A DNA stretch of 64,000 nt from Prochlorococcus sp. AG-355-B18. Lineage in GTDB: Bacteria; Cyanobacteriota; Cyanobacteriia; PCC-6307; Cyanobiaceae. The DNA lies in assembly GCA_003280965.1 (NCBI GenBank), contig QCDI01000008.1, positions 1-64,000 of the forward strand, written 5' to 3'. Position numbers and translations under genes: made by a program. Below the pieces are notes generated by a model. It worked only from the letters and a program-made list of their open reading frames with translations, ran no database searches and was not told the origin of the DNA. Shown piece after piece: positions 30,760 to 41,400 of the stretch (position 1 is the stretch's first letter; the number at the start of each line of letters is the position of its first letter).

Positions 30760-31584
30760 ATGTTCAATCAACTAGAAATTCTTTCTGATGAACAAAATGA
30801 AAAGCTATTTACAATTAGAAGATACATTAAGAACCTCGATAGTGTTTGTATCGCTTATTCAGGAGGAGTAGATAGTACACTAGTGGCCTCGTTGGCGTTT
30901 GAGCAACTAGGTAGTAAATCAATCGCAATTACTGGTATTTCTCCTGCCTTAGCCAATACACTACGTGAAGAAGCAAGAAGCCAAGCAAAATGGATTGGAA
31001 TTAAGCATTTAGAAATTAAAACATCCGAATTAGAAGAGTCAAGTTATAGGAACAATCCGCAAGACAGATGCTTTGCATGCAAAAAAGAGCTTCACAAACA
31101 TACAACATACTTGTCTAAAAAACTGAATTACAAGATTGTTTTAGATGGTGTCAATCTTGATGATCTAAAAGACTTTAGGCCTGGTATAAAAGCTGCTAAA
31201 CAAGCAGGAGTTATTTCACCCCTCGCAAAATTTAAATTTTCAAAAAAAGATATTAGGGATATATCTAGAGCATTAGGTTTCCCATGGTGGGATAAACCTG
31301 CTCAACCTTGCTTATCTTCAAGATTTCCTTATGGCCATGAAATAACTAGTGAAAGGCTCAAGATGGTTGAAAAAGCTGAAGAATATTTAAAAAAAGGCGG
31401 TTTATCCGAGGTAAGAGTTAGATGTCAAGGATCAACCGCAAGAATAGAGATCCCCCAAGAAGAATTAAAGCATTTTTTTAAAAAATTTAATTTTGACGAT
31501 TTAGTTCAATACTTTTCTAAGTTAGGATTTAATTGCACAAGTTTAGATCTTGAAGGATTAATTAGCGGAAAATTAAATAGATAA
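30760..31584 (+). CDS. larE: LarE-family PP-loop ATP-dependent sulfur transferase
   Basis: AYSGGVDS, RCFACK, DFRPG, PCLSSRF; start moved to ATG 30760. Confidence 0.85.
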   Translation: MFNQLEILSDEQNEKLFTIRRYIKNLDSVCIAYSGGVDSTLVASLAFEQLGSKSIAITGISPALANTLREEARSQAKWIGIKHLEIKTSELEESSYRNNPQDRCFACKKELHKHTTYLSKKLNYKIVLDGVNLDDLKDFRPGIKAAKQAGVISPLAKFKFSKKDIRDISRALGFPWWDKPAQPCLSSRFPYGHEITSERLKMVEKAEEYLKKGGLSEVRVRCQGSTARIEIPQEELKHFFKKFNFDDLVQYFSKLGFNCTSLDLEGLISGKLNR

Positions 31585-31593
31585 ATATAACAG

Positions 31594-32028
31594 TTAAACA
31601 ACCGTTCTAATCTCTTTTAAAATTGCTGAAGGTGGATTTCGCTTAAGAACACGTAAGAAATGTTCTTCAGCATTCAAAGTTTCAATTAAGTATTGACTAG
31701 CAAGTTCTGGTTGCATATTTTGACCACATGTAAAAATATCGACTGCAGAATAATTAGATTCAGGCCAAGAATGAATTGAAATATGGGATTCAGCCAGTAA
31801 TGCAATTGCCGTAACTCCTTGAGGTTCAAATTTATTACTTATTAAATTCAGAACTGTTGCCTTTGCTAATTTTGCAGCTCTATTTAACGAACAACGCAAA
31901 AAGGATTCATCATTTAATTTTTCGTAATCACATCCATACAGTTCCAACAAAAGGTGCTTACTGTGATGAATTAGTTTTTCATCATTACAAAAAGAACCTA
32001 AAATTTGATTTTTTTTTGGGCCTTCCAT
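31594..32028 (-). CDS. speD: S-adenosylmethionine decarboxylase proenzyme (pyruvoyl class 1B)
   Basis: FEPQGVT, LAESHISIHSWPE, DIFTCG. Confidence 0.88.
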   Translation of the reverse strand: MEGPKKNQILGSFCNDEKLIHHSKHLLLELYGCDYEKLNDESFLRCSLNRAAKLAKATVLNLISNKFEPQGVTAIALLAESHISIHSWPESNYSAVDIFTCGQNMQPELASQYLIETLNAEEHFLRVLKRNPPSAILKEIRTVV

Positions 32029-32077
32029 CAAAGAAATTTATATCTATAAGATTAGCTAAAAATTGTTAGTTTTAAAG

Positions 32078-33169
32078 TTATAAGTAAATCATTTGTGAAG
32101 AGCCTAAGAAAGATTGATTAAATTTATCTAGATGTGTCGCACTAATAAAACATTGACTATCTTTTCCAACAGAATTTAATAATAAATTTTGTCTTGTTAT
32201 GTCTAATTCGGCCAAGACATCATCCAATATGAGTATTGGAGGGACATTTAATGTTTTAGTTAATAAATCTAATTCTGCCATTTTTAAAGCTAAAATAAAA
32301 GTTCTTTGCTGACCAGATGAACCATATTTTCTAACTGAAATATTATTAATGAGAAACTCAACATCATCACGATGAGGGCCAAAATTACATTTACCAGTCA
32401 ATGATTCAATAGGACGCTGAATTATTAGTTGTTCTACTATTTTCTTAGTGATAACTTCTTCTTCTTCTTCTTCTGGACTTATATTTTGTATCCCTGAAAG
32501 ATAATTTATGCCTATGTGCTCTTTAGATTTACTTAAATATCTATGCCAATATTCAACATATGGTTTGATTTTTAATAAAGCCCTTCTCCTACGCCTAAAA
32601 ATTCTTGTACTTATTATTGACATTTGAATATCAAAACTTTCAAGAATTTCTGATGATTGATCATTTTGAAAGCTTTCTGAACGCCAATAATGACTTCTTT
32701 GCTTTAAAAGCCTGTTAAATCTACTTATCAAGTCTAAATATACTGGTTCAAGCTGAGATACAACTTTATCAATCCATATTCTGCGATAATTAGGTTCATT
32801 TCTAACGATACCTATATCACTCGAGCAGAAACACACACTTCTAATAAAGTTCTTTATTTCGCTCTGCTTTCTCAAGATTGAATCATTGACATAAATTTTT
32901 TTAGAGCCTTTTCTAAATAAATTCAACTTTAAATCATCTCTAAAATCTATTTGTCCAATAACTTCGGCCATATCACTATCATTTTCTATTAAATCTTTAT
33001 CACTTAATGCTCTATTAGATTTTAATTGACTTAAAAATTCAATAGATTCAAGTAAATTTGACTTACCAATGCCATTACAGCCCAGAACGATTGTTCTTTG
33101 CGCTTCTAGGTCAATTCCAAAACTTTTGTGGTTCCGAAAATTTTTAATTTTTAATTTATTTAAAAAAAT
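32078..33169 (-). CDS. recF: DNA replication/repair protein RecF (start uncertain; ATT at 33169 proposed)
   Basis: NFRN, Walker A GCNGIGKSN, GPHRDD, SSGQQR, LDDVLAELD; the only upstream ATG (33274) lies inside the antisense tRNA-Arg. Confidence 0.9.
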   Translation of the reverse strand: MFLNKLKIKNFRNHKSFGIDLEAQRTIVLGCNGIGKSNLLESIEFLSQLKSNRALSDKDLIENDSDMAEVIGQIDFRDDLKLNLFRKGSKKIYVNDSILRKQSEIKNFIRSVCFCSSDIGIVRNEPNYRRIWIDKVVSQLEPVYLDLISRFNRLLKQRSHYWRSESFQNDQSSEILESFDIQMSIISTRIFRRRRRALLKIKPYVEYWHRYLSKSKEHIGINYLSGIQNISPEEEEEEVITKKIVEQLIIQRPIESLTGKCNFGPHRDDVEFLINNISVRKYGSSGQQRTFILALKMAELDLLTKTLNVPPILILDDVLAELDITRQNLLLNSVGKDSQCFISATHLDKFNQSFLGSSQMIYL

Positions 33170-33246
33170 TTTCTTGATGCATTCATTAATTAAATTAGCT
33201 AGATTTAATATATTTAGATTTTCCTTAAAGAAATTGAAAAATAAAA

Positions 33247-33320
33247 GGGCATGTAGCTCAGTTGGATAGAGCATCAGATTCCGGTTCTGAGAGTCGGGGG
33301 TTCGAATCCCTCCATGCTCG
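33247..33320 (+). tRNA. trnR: tRNA-Arg(CCG)
   Basis: GGGCATGTAGCTCAGTTGGATAGAGCA-TCAGA-TTCCGGT-TCTGA...GGTTCGAATCCCTCCATGCTCG. Confidence 0.97.
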
Positions 33321-33331
33321 TAACTTTATTA

Positions 33332-33778
33332 TTAAAGTTTATATCCCATCACTCTTATTCCATTTGGATCTAATATAAATCCGCTTTCTTCAAGACTTTT
33401 AAAAGAGGACTCTGGAGCCTGAACAGAAACACTACATCCAGGCATTTCAATGTTTATTTTCTCAAGAGTTACTTGTAATAAAATTGAATAAAAAAGTTCC
33501 TGATTATTACCTTTTGCTGCACTTAAATTCCATAAGTTAGCATTCAATCCCCTGTCTGATGTTACTCTTACAAAACCATATAATTTATTTCCTAATTCAC
33601 TTTGTATTGTGAAAAAGAAATTACTTTTCTGAATAGCCTCAGAGAGGGGTTTTATTGGGAATGTCTCACAACCGCAATTCGCTAAAAGTTTATTAACTTC
33701 TTTTGCTAATGGAATCTGGGAAGAATTAACAAAATAACCTTCTGGAAGAACAAGTTTTTTTTTAGAAAAATATTGCAA
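33332..33778 (-). CDS. GNAT-fold N-acetyltransferase-like protein (Ycf52-like)
   Basis: GFVRVTSDRGLNANLWNL, GFILDPNGIRVM. Confidence 0.75.
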   Translation of the reverse strand: MQYFSKKKLVLPEGYFVNSSQIPLAKEVNKLLANCGCETFPIKPLSEAIQKSNFFFTIQSELGNKLYGFVRVTSDRGLNANLWNLSAAKGNNQELFYSILLQVTLEKINIEMPGCSVSVQAPESSFKSLEESGFILDPNGIRVMGYKL

Positions 33779-33781
33779 TTA

Positions 33782-36751
33782 TCAACCTGTATTTCTCATA
33801 CCTGCTGCTATCCCGTTAATAGTTAAAAGTGCCCCCCTCAATAGTTCACTTCTACTGTAAGCTCTTCTAGATTCATCTTTTTCAACGATAAATTCGCTAA
33901 TTGGAGGTTGCCTTGTTTGATCTCTAAGCCTTCTTAAAAGCGAAACCTGTAAAAATCCCAATGGGATTATTGTCTTATTTCTCAAGCTTACTGATGATTT
34001 TAAGTCTCTATCAGATTCAAGAAGCTTATTTTTACCAGTAATTTCAAGTATTAAAGATTTTGTAAGATTATATTCTTTAGAAATTACTTCAAAAATAACA
34101 TCGAAAGAATCTTTATTTTCTTTACTGCCAAGAGTGTCAACATAATATTTGGCAACTTCCAAATCAACCTTAGATAATGTCATTTCTACCTTAGATATGA
34201 GCATCCTAAAAAATGGCCATCTTTGATGGAGAACTCTTAATAATTCAATTTGTTGTGGGTCAGAATTTAATTCGGATGATAATGCAGTTCCTACTCCAAA
34301 CCAACTTGGCAAAAGAAATCTACTTTGTGTCCAACCAAATACCCATGGAATAGCTCTTAAACTTGACAAATCTTTAGCACCTTTTTTTCTTCTGGCAGGT
34401 CTACTAGATATTTGCAATTTACTTATTTCTTCTATTGGAGTGACCTCCTGAAAGAAATTTAATAAATCTGGATTTTCATGCACTAATTTTCTGTAGTGAG
34501 ACCTTGATGTTTCTGCAAGCCTTGACATTAATTGATTCCATTCTGGAGTCGCATCAAGCCTATTATTCACCAAACTATTTTGAATAACAGCAGTAGTAAC
34601 TGTTTCGAGGTTATACAAAGCCAGTTCAGGAAGACTATATTTTGAAGCCAATACTTCACCTTGTTCTGTTATTTTTATTCGCCCTTTTAAAGTACCGCTT
34701 GGTTGTGCCAATATCGCCTGATATGCTGGTCCACCTCCTCTACCTACGGAACCGCCTCTTCCATGAAAAAGTCTTAGCAATATGTTATTTCTACTTGCAA
34801 GATTTTGAAGAGCTATTTGGGCTCTGTGAATTTCCCAATTACTGGAAACAAACCCTGAATCTTTATTGCTATCAGAATATCCAAGCATTAATTCTTGAAG
34901 AGGTTTCAAGGATTCTCCAACTTTTGGCAACAATGATTTGTAAAATTCTAATTTAAACAATTTTTCCATTACTTCTGGGGCTCTTTTAAGGTCTTCAACA
35001 GTTTCGAAAAGAGGAACAACCAATAATTTTGACTTTTGTGACTTTTGATGAAGGAGTCCCATTTCTTTTGCTAATAAAAGAACTTCAAGCAAATCAGATG
35101 CGCTATGACTCATTGAAATTACATAAGAATGACAAATACGACTTCCAAATTCTTGCTGTAGTCTTTTAACCATTTTAAAAACTGAAAAGGTTTCTTCTGT
35201 AGTTTTTGTCCAGTTAACGTCAGGAGGAATTAAAGGCCTTTTTGTATTTAATTCCTCTACAAGCCATTTAATTTTCTCTTCCTCAGACATTTGGTCATAT
35301 AGGACAGACAAATCAAGATAATTTGTAAGTTCTTGTATAGCGTCACTATGCCTTGTGCTTTCTTGGCGTATATCTAAACTTGCTAGTGAAAAACCAAAAA
35401 TATGAACCTGAGTAAGCAAGGTATTTACGGCCTCGCAATTTAAATCTGTACTAATCAGACTATTTTTAATCAGTTCGAGATCATAGGTAAATTCACTGAC
35501 TGATTTGTAATATAAGTTTTCAACTTTATCTATATTTTTAGTATCAATTTCCCCTTCTAAATCAGATTTCCAACCACTATCAGCTAATAAATTATTCCTT
35601 TCTTGTGTGAGCCTCAACTTCTCTAAAATGTAACTTAATTTCAATCTGTAAGGTTCTGATCTGTATCTTGTAGCCCTAGCTTCATATATTTCTGGAAACT
35701 TAACCCTATCTGTTTCTAAAGACTCTAATAAAGAAGAGCTTACTTGACTCCATTGCATTGAGACACTTAATTGATCTCTTAAGTTAGATGTCGCAGTTAT
35801 ATATCTTTCCAACATCAACTGCCTTTGGTAACAAGCAGTTCTCCATGTTATCTCAGGAGTAACAGATGGATTCCCATCCCTATCGGATCCTACCCAAGAA
35901 CCAAAGTTGCAAAAAGATTCGGAAGGCATCTGAACATCTGGGTAGTTTTCGGTAAGCGCTTCAAAAATTCTACCTCTCAATTTAGGCATTGCATTAAATA
36001 AAACTTGCTGAAAATAATGCAAAGCATAATCTACTTCATCTAAAACGGAAGGCTTAAATTGATGCAATTCATCTGTTCTCCACCAAAGTCTGACTTCCTC
36101 TTTTAATTGAGTTTTTAGAATATTTATTTCTTCTTTTGTTAAAAATTGCGCGACCTGTATTTTTTTCAACAAATTTGCTACTCTAGTTTGTTTATGTCTA
36201 ATAGTATGTCTTACTATCTCAGTCGGATGTGCAGTAAAAACTAAACGAATATCCATTTCCTGCAATAACTCTTCTAATTTTCCTGGAGGTACATTTAGTT
36301 TCCTAAGCCTATAAAATAATTCTCGAAAAGTTACCGGTGCATTTTGCCTAGCCAACGCTGGGGCAAAAGGATCAAGATTATCGGGCGATTTTTGAACATT
36401 CATGTTGGTAAAGCTTTGAATATATCTATCTTCCTCAACTCTTTGTTCCAAAATATTCACTAGTTGAAAATATAGTGAAAACGCCCTAGCTGCTGCAATA
36501 GATTCTGTCAAATCCATTGAATTAATAATATCAACTATTTCGTTTTTAAAAGTTTTTGAACTAACTCCATCAATTTGCTTCGAATAACTTAATTCTTTAA
36601 GCTGTATCAATCTCACTGCTTGATCTTCTGGGCATTCTTCTCTAAGAACAGCTTCCCATAGATCTTCTATTAAAAGACGATTTTTATCAAGTGGATCATT
36701 GTTACTTATAAGATCCATTTTATTATTTTTATCCTGTTGAGGAGATTCCAT
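33782..36751 (-). CDS. ppc: Phosphoenolpyruvate carboxylase
   Basis: [28 protein letters not shown]-terminal RNTG. Confidence 0.99.
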   Translation of the reverse strand: MESPQQDKNNKMDLISNNDPLDKNRLLIEDLWEAVLREECPEDQAVRLIQLKELSYSKQIDGVSSKTFKNEIVDIINSMDLTESIAAARAFSLYFQLVNILEQRVEEDRYIQSFTNMNVQKSPDNLDPFAPALARQNAPVTFRELFYRLRKLNVPPGKLEELLQEMDIRLVFTAHPTEIVRHTIRHKQTRVANLLKKIQVAQFLTKEEINILKTQLKEEVRLWWRTDELHQFKPSVLDEVDYALHYFQQVLFNAMPKLRGRIFEALTENYPDVQMPSESFCNFGSWVGSDRDGNPSVTPEITWRTACYQRQLMLERYITATSNLRDQLSVSMQWSQVSSSLLESLETDRVKFPEIYEARATRYRSEPYRLKLSYILEKLRLTQERNNLLADSGWKSDLEGEIDTKNIDKVENLYYKSVSEFTYDLELIKNSLISTDLNCEAVNTLLTQVHIFGFSLASLDIRQESTRHSDAIQELTNYLDLSVLYDQMSEEEKIKWLVEELNTKRPLIPPDVNWTKTTEETFSVFKMVKRLQQEFGSRICHSYVISMSHSASDLLEVLLLAKEMGLLHQKSQKSKLLVVPLFETVEDLKRAPEVMEKLFKLEFYKSLLPKVGESLKPLQELMLGYSDSNKDSGFVSSNWEIHRAQIALQNLASRNNILLRLFHGRGGSVGRGGGPAYQAILAQPSGTLKGRIKITEQGEVLASKYSLPELALYNLETVTTAVIQNSLVNNRLDATPEWNQLMSRLAETSRSHYRKLVHENPDLLNFFQEVTPIEEISKLQISSRPARRKKGAKDLSSLRAIPWVFGWTQSRFLLPSWFGVGTALSSELNSDPQQIELLRVLHQRWPFFRMLISKVEMTLSKVDLEVAKYYVDTLGSKENKDSFDVIFEVISKEYNLTKSLILEITGKNKLLESDRDLKSSVSLRNKTIIPLGFLQVSLLRRLRDQTRQPPISEFIVEKDESRRAYSRSELLRGALLTINGIAAGMRNTG

Positions 36752-36804
36752 ATAATTATTATGTCACAAGTAAAAATATTCAGATCAAATGTTTGTTTAA
36801 ATAA

Positions 36805-37923
36805 TCAAATAATCTCTTTTTCATTGATGATCATATCATCGATAGTGAGTTTCATTATTTCTTCAATCGAGAGACCTTTTTTATATTGATTTATCCATTT
36901 CATAGCTTGATTTCCTTCTTCAAGGACTCTATGGATAGGTTCCAGAAGATGTTTCATATTAAATTTTTCTGCGGTTAATGATAAATCTGATAGTAAGTCT
37001 TGAATCCATTCTCTACAAATAATTTTTTTGCCATCTTGCCAGTGAATTAACTCTGAATTCAGACTATCTTTTGCAGCATAAATTTCATTTTGATCGCATA
37101 TTTCTGATAATTCTTCAAAAGAAAAAATACTCGCAGTCAGGGGATCTAAAGTGTTTAAGTTGTCAAAAAGATGCAAAATCCTTAGTTCTAGCATGGCTGT
37201 TATCCCCAAAAGCAAATTAATATCATGAACAAAATCACAAATTCTCAATTCCAAACGATCAAGAATTAAAGGCCTTTGGGGGCCATTTGGTCTGATTGAA
37301 GACCAAAAATGCCTTATATTTTGCATATTTTTATTAGCTATATTTTCCTCGATCCATTCGATATAGGAAGTATGATTGACAAAAAAAGGTACTTTACTTG
37401 GTGTTTTAGGAAACTGAATCCACCTCTGAGAGTGATTTTCCGTAATTTTATTATTCAAAAAAGGTGAGCTAGCGCTTATTGATAGATACAAAGCAGCCTC
37501 AGATCTTATTAATCTAATAGCAGCAAAAAGCTTATCTAAGTTCTCTATTCCTATATTTATATGGACACTTGAAGTTGCAATAGAGATCCCATAGTTATCT
37601 TGTATAAATTGATGATAAACATTTTCAATATCAGATCTTTGAAATTGCAAATCATGTTTAAAACAAAGAGTGGATGAGGGAATGATTGTTAACCCTTTCT
37701 TGTTTAGCCATTGTCTTAAGTTTTTTCTTGGACTTATTAATTGTCTATGTAACAACATGTAGTCTTTTTCAGGTGTTGTTATGTATTCAACATTTCTGTT
37801 ATCAGGCTCTTTCACAAAATTAGAAAAAATTTTTTCTACATCTGCTGAAACACCAATATGAGAATTAAAAGAACCTGTGAACAGTTCCACTTCAAAACCT
37901 TTATAAAGATTAAGCTTACTCAT
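36805..37923 (-). CDS. gshA: Glutamate--cysteine ligase (cyanobacterial type)
   Basis: KGFEVELFTG, EPDNRNVEY, WSSIRPNG, RLELRICD. Confidence 0.9.
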   Translation of the reverse strand: MSKLNLYKGFEVELFTGSFNSHIGVSADVEKIFSNFVKEPDNRNVEYITTPEKDYMLLHRQLISPRKNLRQWLNKKGLTIIPSSTLCFKHDLQFQRSDIENVYHQFIQDNYGISIATSSVHINIGIENLDKLFAAIRLIRSEAALYLSISASSPFLNNKITENHSQRWIQFPKTPSKVPFFVNHTSYIEWIEENIANKNMQNIRHFWSSIRPNGPQRPLILDRLELRICDFVHDINLLLGITAMLELRILHLFDNLNTLDPLTASIFSFEELSEICDQNEIYAAKDSLNSELIHWQDGKKIICREWIQDLLSDLSLTAEKFNMKHLLEPIHRVLEEGNQAMKWINQYKKGLSIEEIMKLTIDDMIINEKEII

Positions 37924-39444
37924 TTATTTATCCAAACAGGCTATTGCTTTTAGTATCCCCTTAGCTTTATTAATAGTCTCTTGATATTCATTCTCAGGCG
38001 AAGAATCAGCAACTATTCCTGCACCTGCCTGGACTGATACATTATATGTTCCATCTTTTGAAGGTTTAACTATCATAGTTCTTATTGTAATTGCCGTATT
38101 CAACGCCCCATTAATATCAATAGATCCATAAACACCAGCATAAGGGCCTCTAGCATCTTTTTCAAAGTGTTTTATCAACTGCATAGCTCTAATTTTTGGT
38201 GCACCAGTTACTGTTCCTGCGGGAAAACATGCTTTTAGCAAATCCCAAACATCTGTTTTGTTTTTTAAGATTCCTTCAACTTCACTCACAATATGCATGA
38301 CATGTGAATATTTCTCTATAACCATTAGATCTTTTACACCCACAGTTCCAATTTCGCAAACCCTTCCAAGATCATTTCTTCCTAGATCAATCAGCATTAC
38401 ATGCTCAGCTATCTCTTTTGGATCTTTTAACAAATCCTTTTCTAATTCCAGATCTTCTTGAGGATTATTACCTCTGGGCCTTGTACCAGCTATTGGTCTT
38501 AAGCTTGCAACAATCTGACTATTTTTGTTTTTTTCAGCTTTAACCATGACTTCAGGACTGGAACCTATGAGATACCATGAGCCAAAATCAAAAAACGACA
38601 TATATGGAGAAGGATTAACCATCCTTAAACTTCTATATAAATTAAAGGGATCATTATTGACATGAGTATGAAATCTCTGACTTATAACAATCTGGAAGAT
38701 ATCTCCTCTTCTTATATATTCTTTTGCGGAGAGAACAGCATCCTCAAAATCTTTTTTATTCCAATTACTTTTAATTTCTAAATTCAAATTTTCATTTTCG
38801 TTCCATTCTAAAAACTCTTTTTCTGCTAGAGGAACTTTCATTAAATTTCTAGTTTTGTTAATTTTAGAAATTGAGTTTAGATAAACTTCTTCAATAGACG
38901 ACTCTTTAAAAGAAGTTGTATCTGCATAAACTACCGCGGTTATACATCGTTTTATTTGATCAAAAACAACTAATTGATCAAAAAACATCCAGGAACCATA
39001 AGGTATATTGTTTTCCTCAATTTCATTAATTGGAACACTTGGTTCTATGCGATTAATTAATTCATAACCCCAAGAACCATACAACTGTCCAATTGATGGC
39101 AAATCGTCGAGCACGGATGACTTATATTCGTTCGTCCAAGTTCTTAAAATACTAAAAGGGTCCCCTTTGTGTATTTCAGTTTTTCCATTATTCCATGTTT
39201 TGACAATTTCTTCTCCGTAGCAAACAGCTTCCCAAAGAGGTTTAGTAGCAACAATACTCCACCTCCCCAAACTCTCACCACCCTCTACGGACTCAAGGAA
39301 AACACCATGGGAATCTTTTTCTGATAACTTCAACCAAGTTGATAATGGAGTCTCTAAATCAGCTGGCCAAGTTTGAGTAATAGGTATAAAATTTTTACCT
39401 TCTTTATAAGCCTTAAAAAAATTATCTTTATGAGAGCTGATCAT
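37924..39444 (-). CDS. trpE: Anthranilate synthase component I
   Basis: NPSPY, GSSPE, EHVMLIDLGRND, PAGTVTGAPK. Confidence 0.95.
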   Translation of the reverse strand: MISSHKDNFFKAYKEGKNFIPITQTWPADLETPLSTWLKLSEKDSHGVFLESVEGGESLGRWSIVATKPLWEAVCYGEEIVKTWNNGKTEIHKGDPFSILRTWTNEYKSSVLDDLPSIGQLYGSWGYELINRIEPSVPINEIEENNIPYGSWMFFDQLVVFDQIKRCITAVVYADTTSFKESSIEEVYLNSISKINKTRNLMKVPLAEKEFLEWNENENLNLEIKSNWNKKDFEDAVLSAKEYIRRGDIFQIVISQRFHTHVNNDPFNLYRSLRMVNPSPYMSFFDFGSWYLIGSSPEVMVKAEKNKNSQIVASLRPIAGTRPRGNNPQEDLELEKDLLKDPKEIAEHVMLIDLGRNDLGRVCEIGTVGVKDLMVIEKYSHVMHIVSEVEGILKNKTDVWDLLKACFPAGTVTGAPKIRAMQLIKHFEKDARGPYAGVYGSIDINGALNTAITIRTMIVKPSKDGTYNVSVQAGAGIVADSSPENEYQETINKAKGILKAIACLDK

Positions 39445-39503
39445 ACTAATAATGTCAACCCAAATTATAATTATATTTTTCTTTTATATCAACTTTAAAA
39501 AAA

Positions 39504-39926
39504 TTAATCAAAAGTATTCTTTGTTGTGAATTTCAACCCAGCTGGATTAGGATTCTCACCTATTCTCCTTGGGTTGTGGCCGACTTTTTCTCTACCCTCA
39601 TTAACTTTCTCAGGGAACACACCATCTTTTGGATGTAAGAATTCAATATCACCACCTGGGAAAATTCTGTAGATTTTGAAGTCCTCAATTCTTGGTTTGA
39701 AGGCACGTAATTGTGTTCCTAGTGCAAGACATTGCTCTTTTCTTGCAAAGTACATTAAATTATCGCCTTCATGCATAATAGCGGCACCACCGGTGGGTAA
39801 TTCAAAAGCTTGTTCTTTTGCGCTATTCCATACAATCGCATATTTTTCCTCAGTTTCCGCTGAGTTTAATAAACCCCCAGTACTTCCTATATGCTTTGGG
39901 AATTGACCAACTAAAGTTTCCGTCAT
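39504..39926 (-). CDS. psaD: Photosystem I subunit II
   Basis: [35 protein letters not shown]. Confidence 0.98.
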   Translation of the reverse strand: MTETLVGQFPKHIGSTGGLLNSAETEEKYAIVWNSAKEQAFELPTGGAAIMHEGDNLMYFARKEQCLALGTQLRAFKPRIEDFKIYRIFPGGDIEFLHPKDGVFPEKVNEGREKVGHNPRRIGENPNPAGLKFTTKNTFD

Positions 39927-40035
39927 CCTTGATTTTGAGTTATTTATAATATGAAATTAGCATTCATATTTTACAAAATTCAAAATTGATAAGAAAGTTT
40001 CTACATTATTTAATAAATGAAAAATTTTTTTTCTA

Positions 40036-41400
40036 TCATTTTGAATCTGAAATAGGAAAAAATACCGTCAAACCTGTATCACGCCTTTGAGTAACATGTC
40101 CTCCTAAACTAGCTAACAACTTCTGAGTTGCATTTTGGCTTAATTGTAAACTACCTGTTTGAGGGTTCCAATTTAAAACAGGACCAATATCAGAGCCATT
40201 TTCTCCTTTCAATATTTCTTTTGGATGACTATCTAATTTTTGGACCTTTAATTGAAGTTTGAGTTTTTGGCCAGCTGGTCTTAATTCTAAAATTAATGTA
40301 CTGCCTTCCTGCAATCCTCTAGTATTTTTATCAATTAATCCACTTAGCATTAATTCTAATTTTTCAGAATCACTCAAAATTTGTGGAAGTTGATTGGGGA
40401 TATCAATCTTTAAAGAAATCCCACGTCGATTCAATTGTTTATTCCAAATAGGAGTAAGTTTTTTAAAAATTTCGGTTAAATTAATTTTTGCCAAGTTATT
40501 TAACGAAGGAACTTCATTATTTACTAACTCTGCAGCATTAAAAATTAAACCGAACCTATCAATTTGCTCATTACATTCATTATCTATTTGAATTAAACGA
40601 TTTCTCATTGATTCATCCATATTATATTTTTTTAAAGTAGAACTTATAAGGGTTCTTATTGTTGCCAAAGGCGTTCTTACTTCATGAGATATTGCACGTA
40701 ATAATTTTGCTTCAGTTATTTGAACATTTTTTTCATCGTTTTTTGCAGAATTTTGTATATTATGATTTGGCGCAATACTTGCTAATTTTGCCGATAATAT
40801 TGGCCAAAATTGTTGTTCAAATTGATTATCAATATTAAGGTTACCTAAATTATTAATTGCATTACGAAATTTTACTCCTTCCTCATAATTTTCTTGATTT
40901 AATTTTGCATGCATTAATTCAATTGAAAGTTTTAGGCTTTCTTCATCACACTTAATTAATAGAATTTTCTTATCTTTTTCTCCAACAATTGATAATATGC
41001 ATTGAAAATTTGGGGTGATTATCATCAAAAAAGGTTCATAACCATCTTTTTGACTAAGATTTAAGACTTTATAATTACTAACTAAATCGCAATCTTTTTT
41101 TATCTTGTCTGAATTATTAACTGGTAAAAAACCTGCATTATCATTTTTAAAGTATGGAAATCCTTCTGGAGACCAAAGCCATCCATGAAGTTGATTAAAA
41201 AATTTTTCATCATTGAAAGCTGGCAAAGGAGAGGCAACCCAAATCCCCCCCTGTTTATAATTTTTAGATAGGAAATCTTTTTGAATAACTTCTAAAGAAG
41301 CCCACCACATTCTTCTGGATGTATCATCATCCACATATATAGTTTGAACTCCTTTAATAAGAAGGTCTTGAATTTTTCTTATCGTTATTTGTGATTTCAT
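40036..41400 (-). CDS. Soluble sensor histidine kinase with degenerate ATPase domain (Hik34-like)
   Basis: H-box SHEVRTPL; no TM; N and G1 boxes not recognisable. Confidence 0.8.
   Translation of the reverse strand: MKSQITIRKIQDLLIKGVQTIYVDDDTSRRMWWASLEVIQKDFLSKNYKQGGIWVASPLPAFNDEKFFNQLHGWLWSPEGFPYFKNDNAGFLPVNNSDKIKKDCDLVSNYKVLNLSQKDGYEPFLMIITPNFQCILSIVGEKDKKILLIKCDEESLKLSIELMHAKLNQENYEEGVKFRNAINNLGNLNIDNQFEQQFWPILSAKLASIAPNHNIQNSAKNDEKNVQITEAKLLRAISHEVRTPLATIRTLISSTLKKYNMDESMRNRLIQIDNECNEQIDRFGLIFNAAELVNNEVPSLNNLAKINLTEIFKKLTPIWNKQLNRRGISLKIDIPNQLPQILSDSEKLELMLSGLIDKNTRGLQEGSTLILELRPAGQKLKLQLKVQKLDSHPKEILKGENGSDIGPVLNWNPQTGSLQLSQNATQKLLASLGGHVTQRRDTGLTVFFPISDSK

Noticed and set aside
32456..32473. 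(TTC)6 trinucleotide repeat in recF
   Set aside because: It encodes an in-frame poly-Glu stretch; unit changes would not shift the frame.
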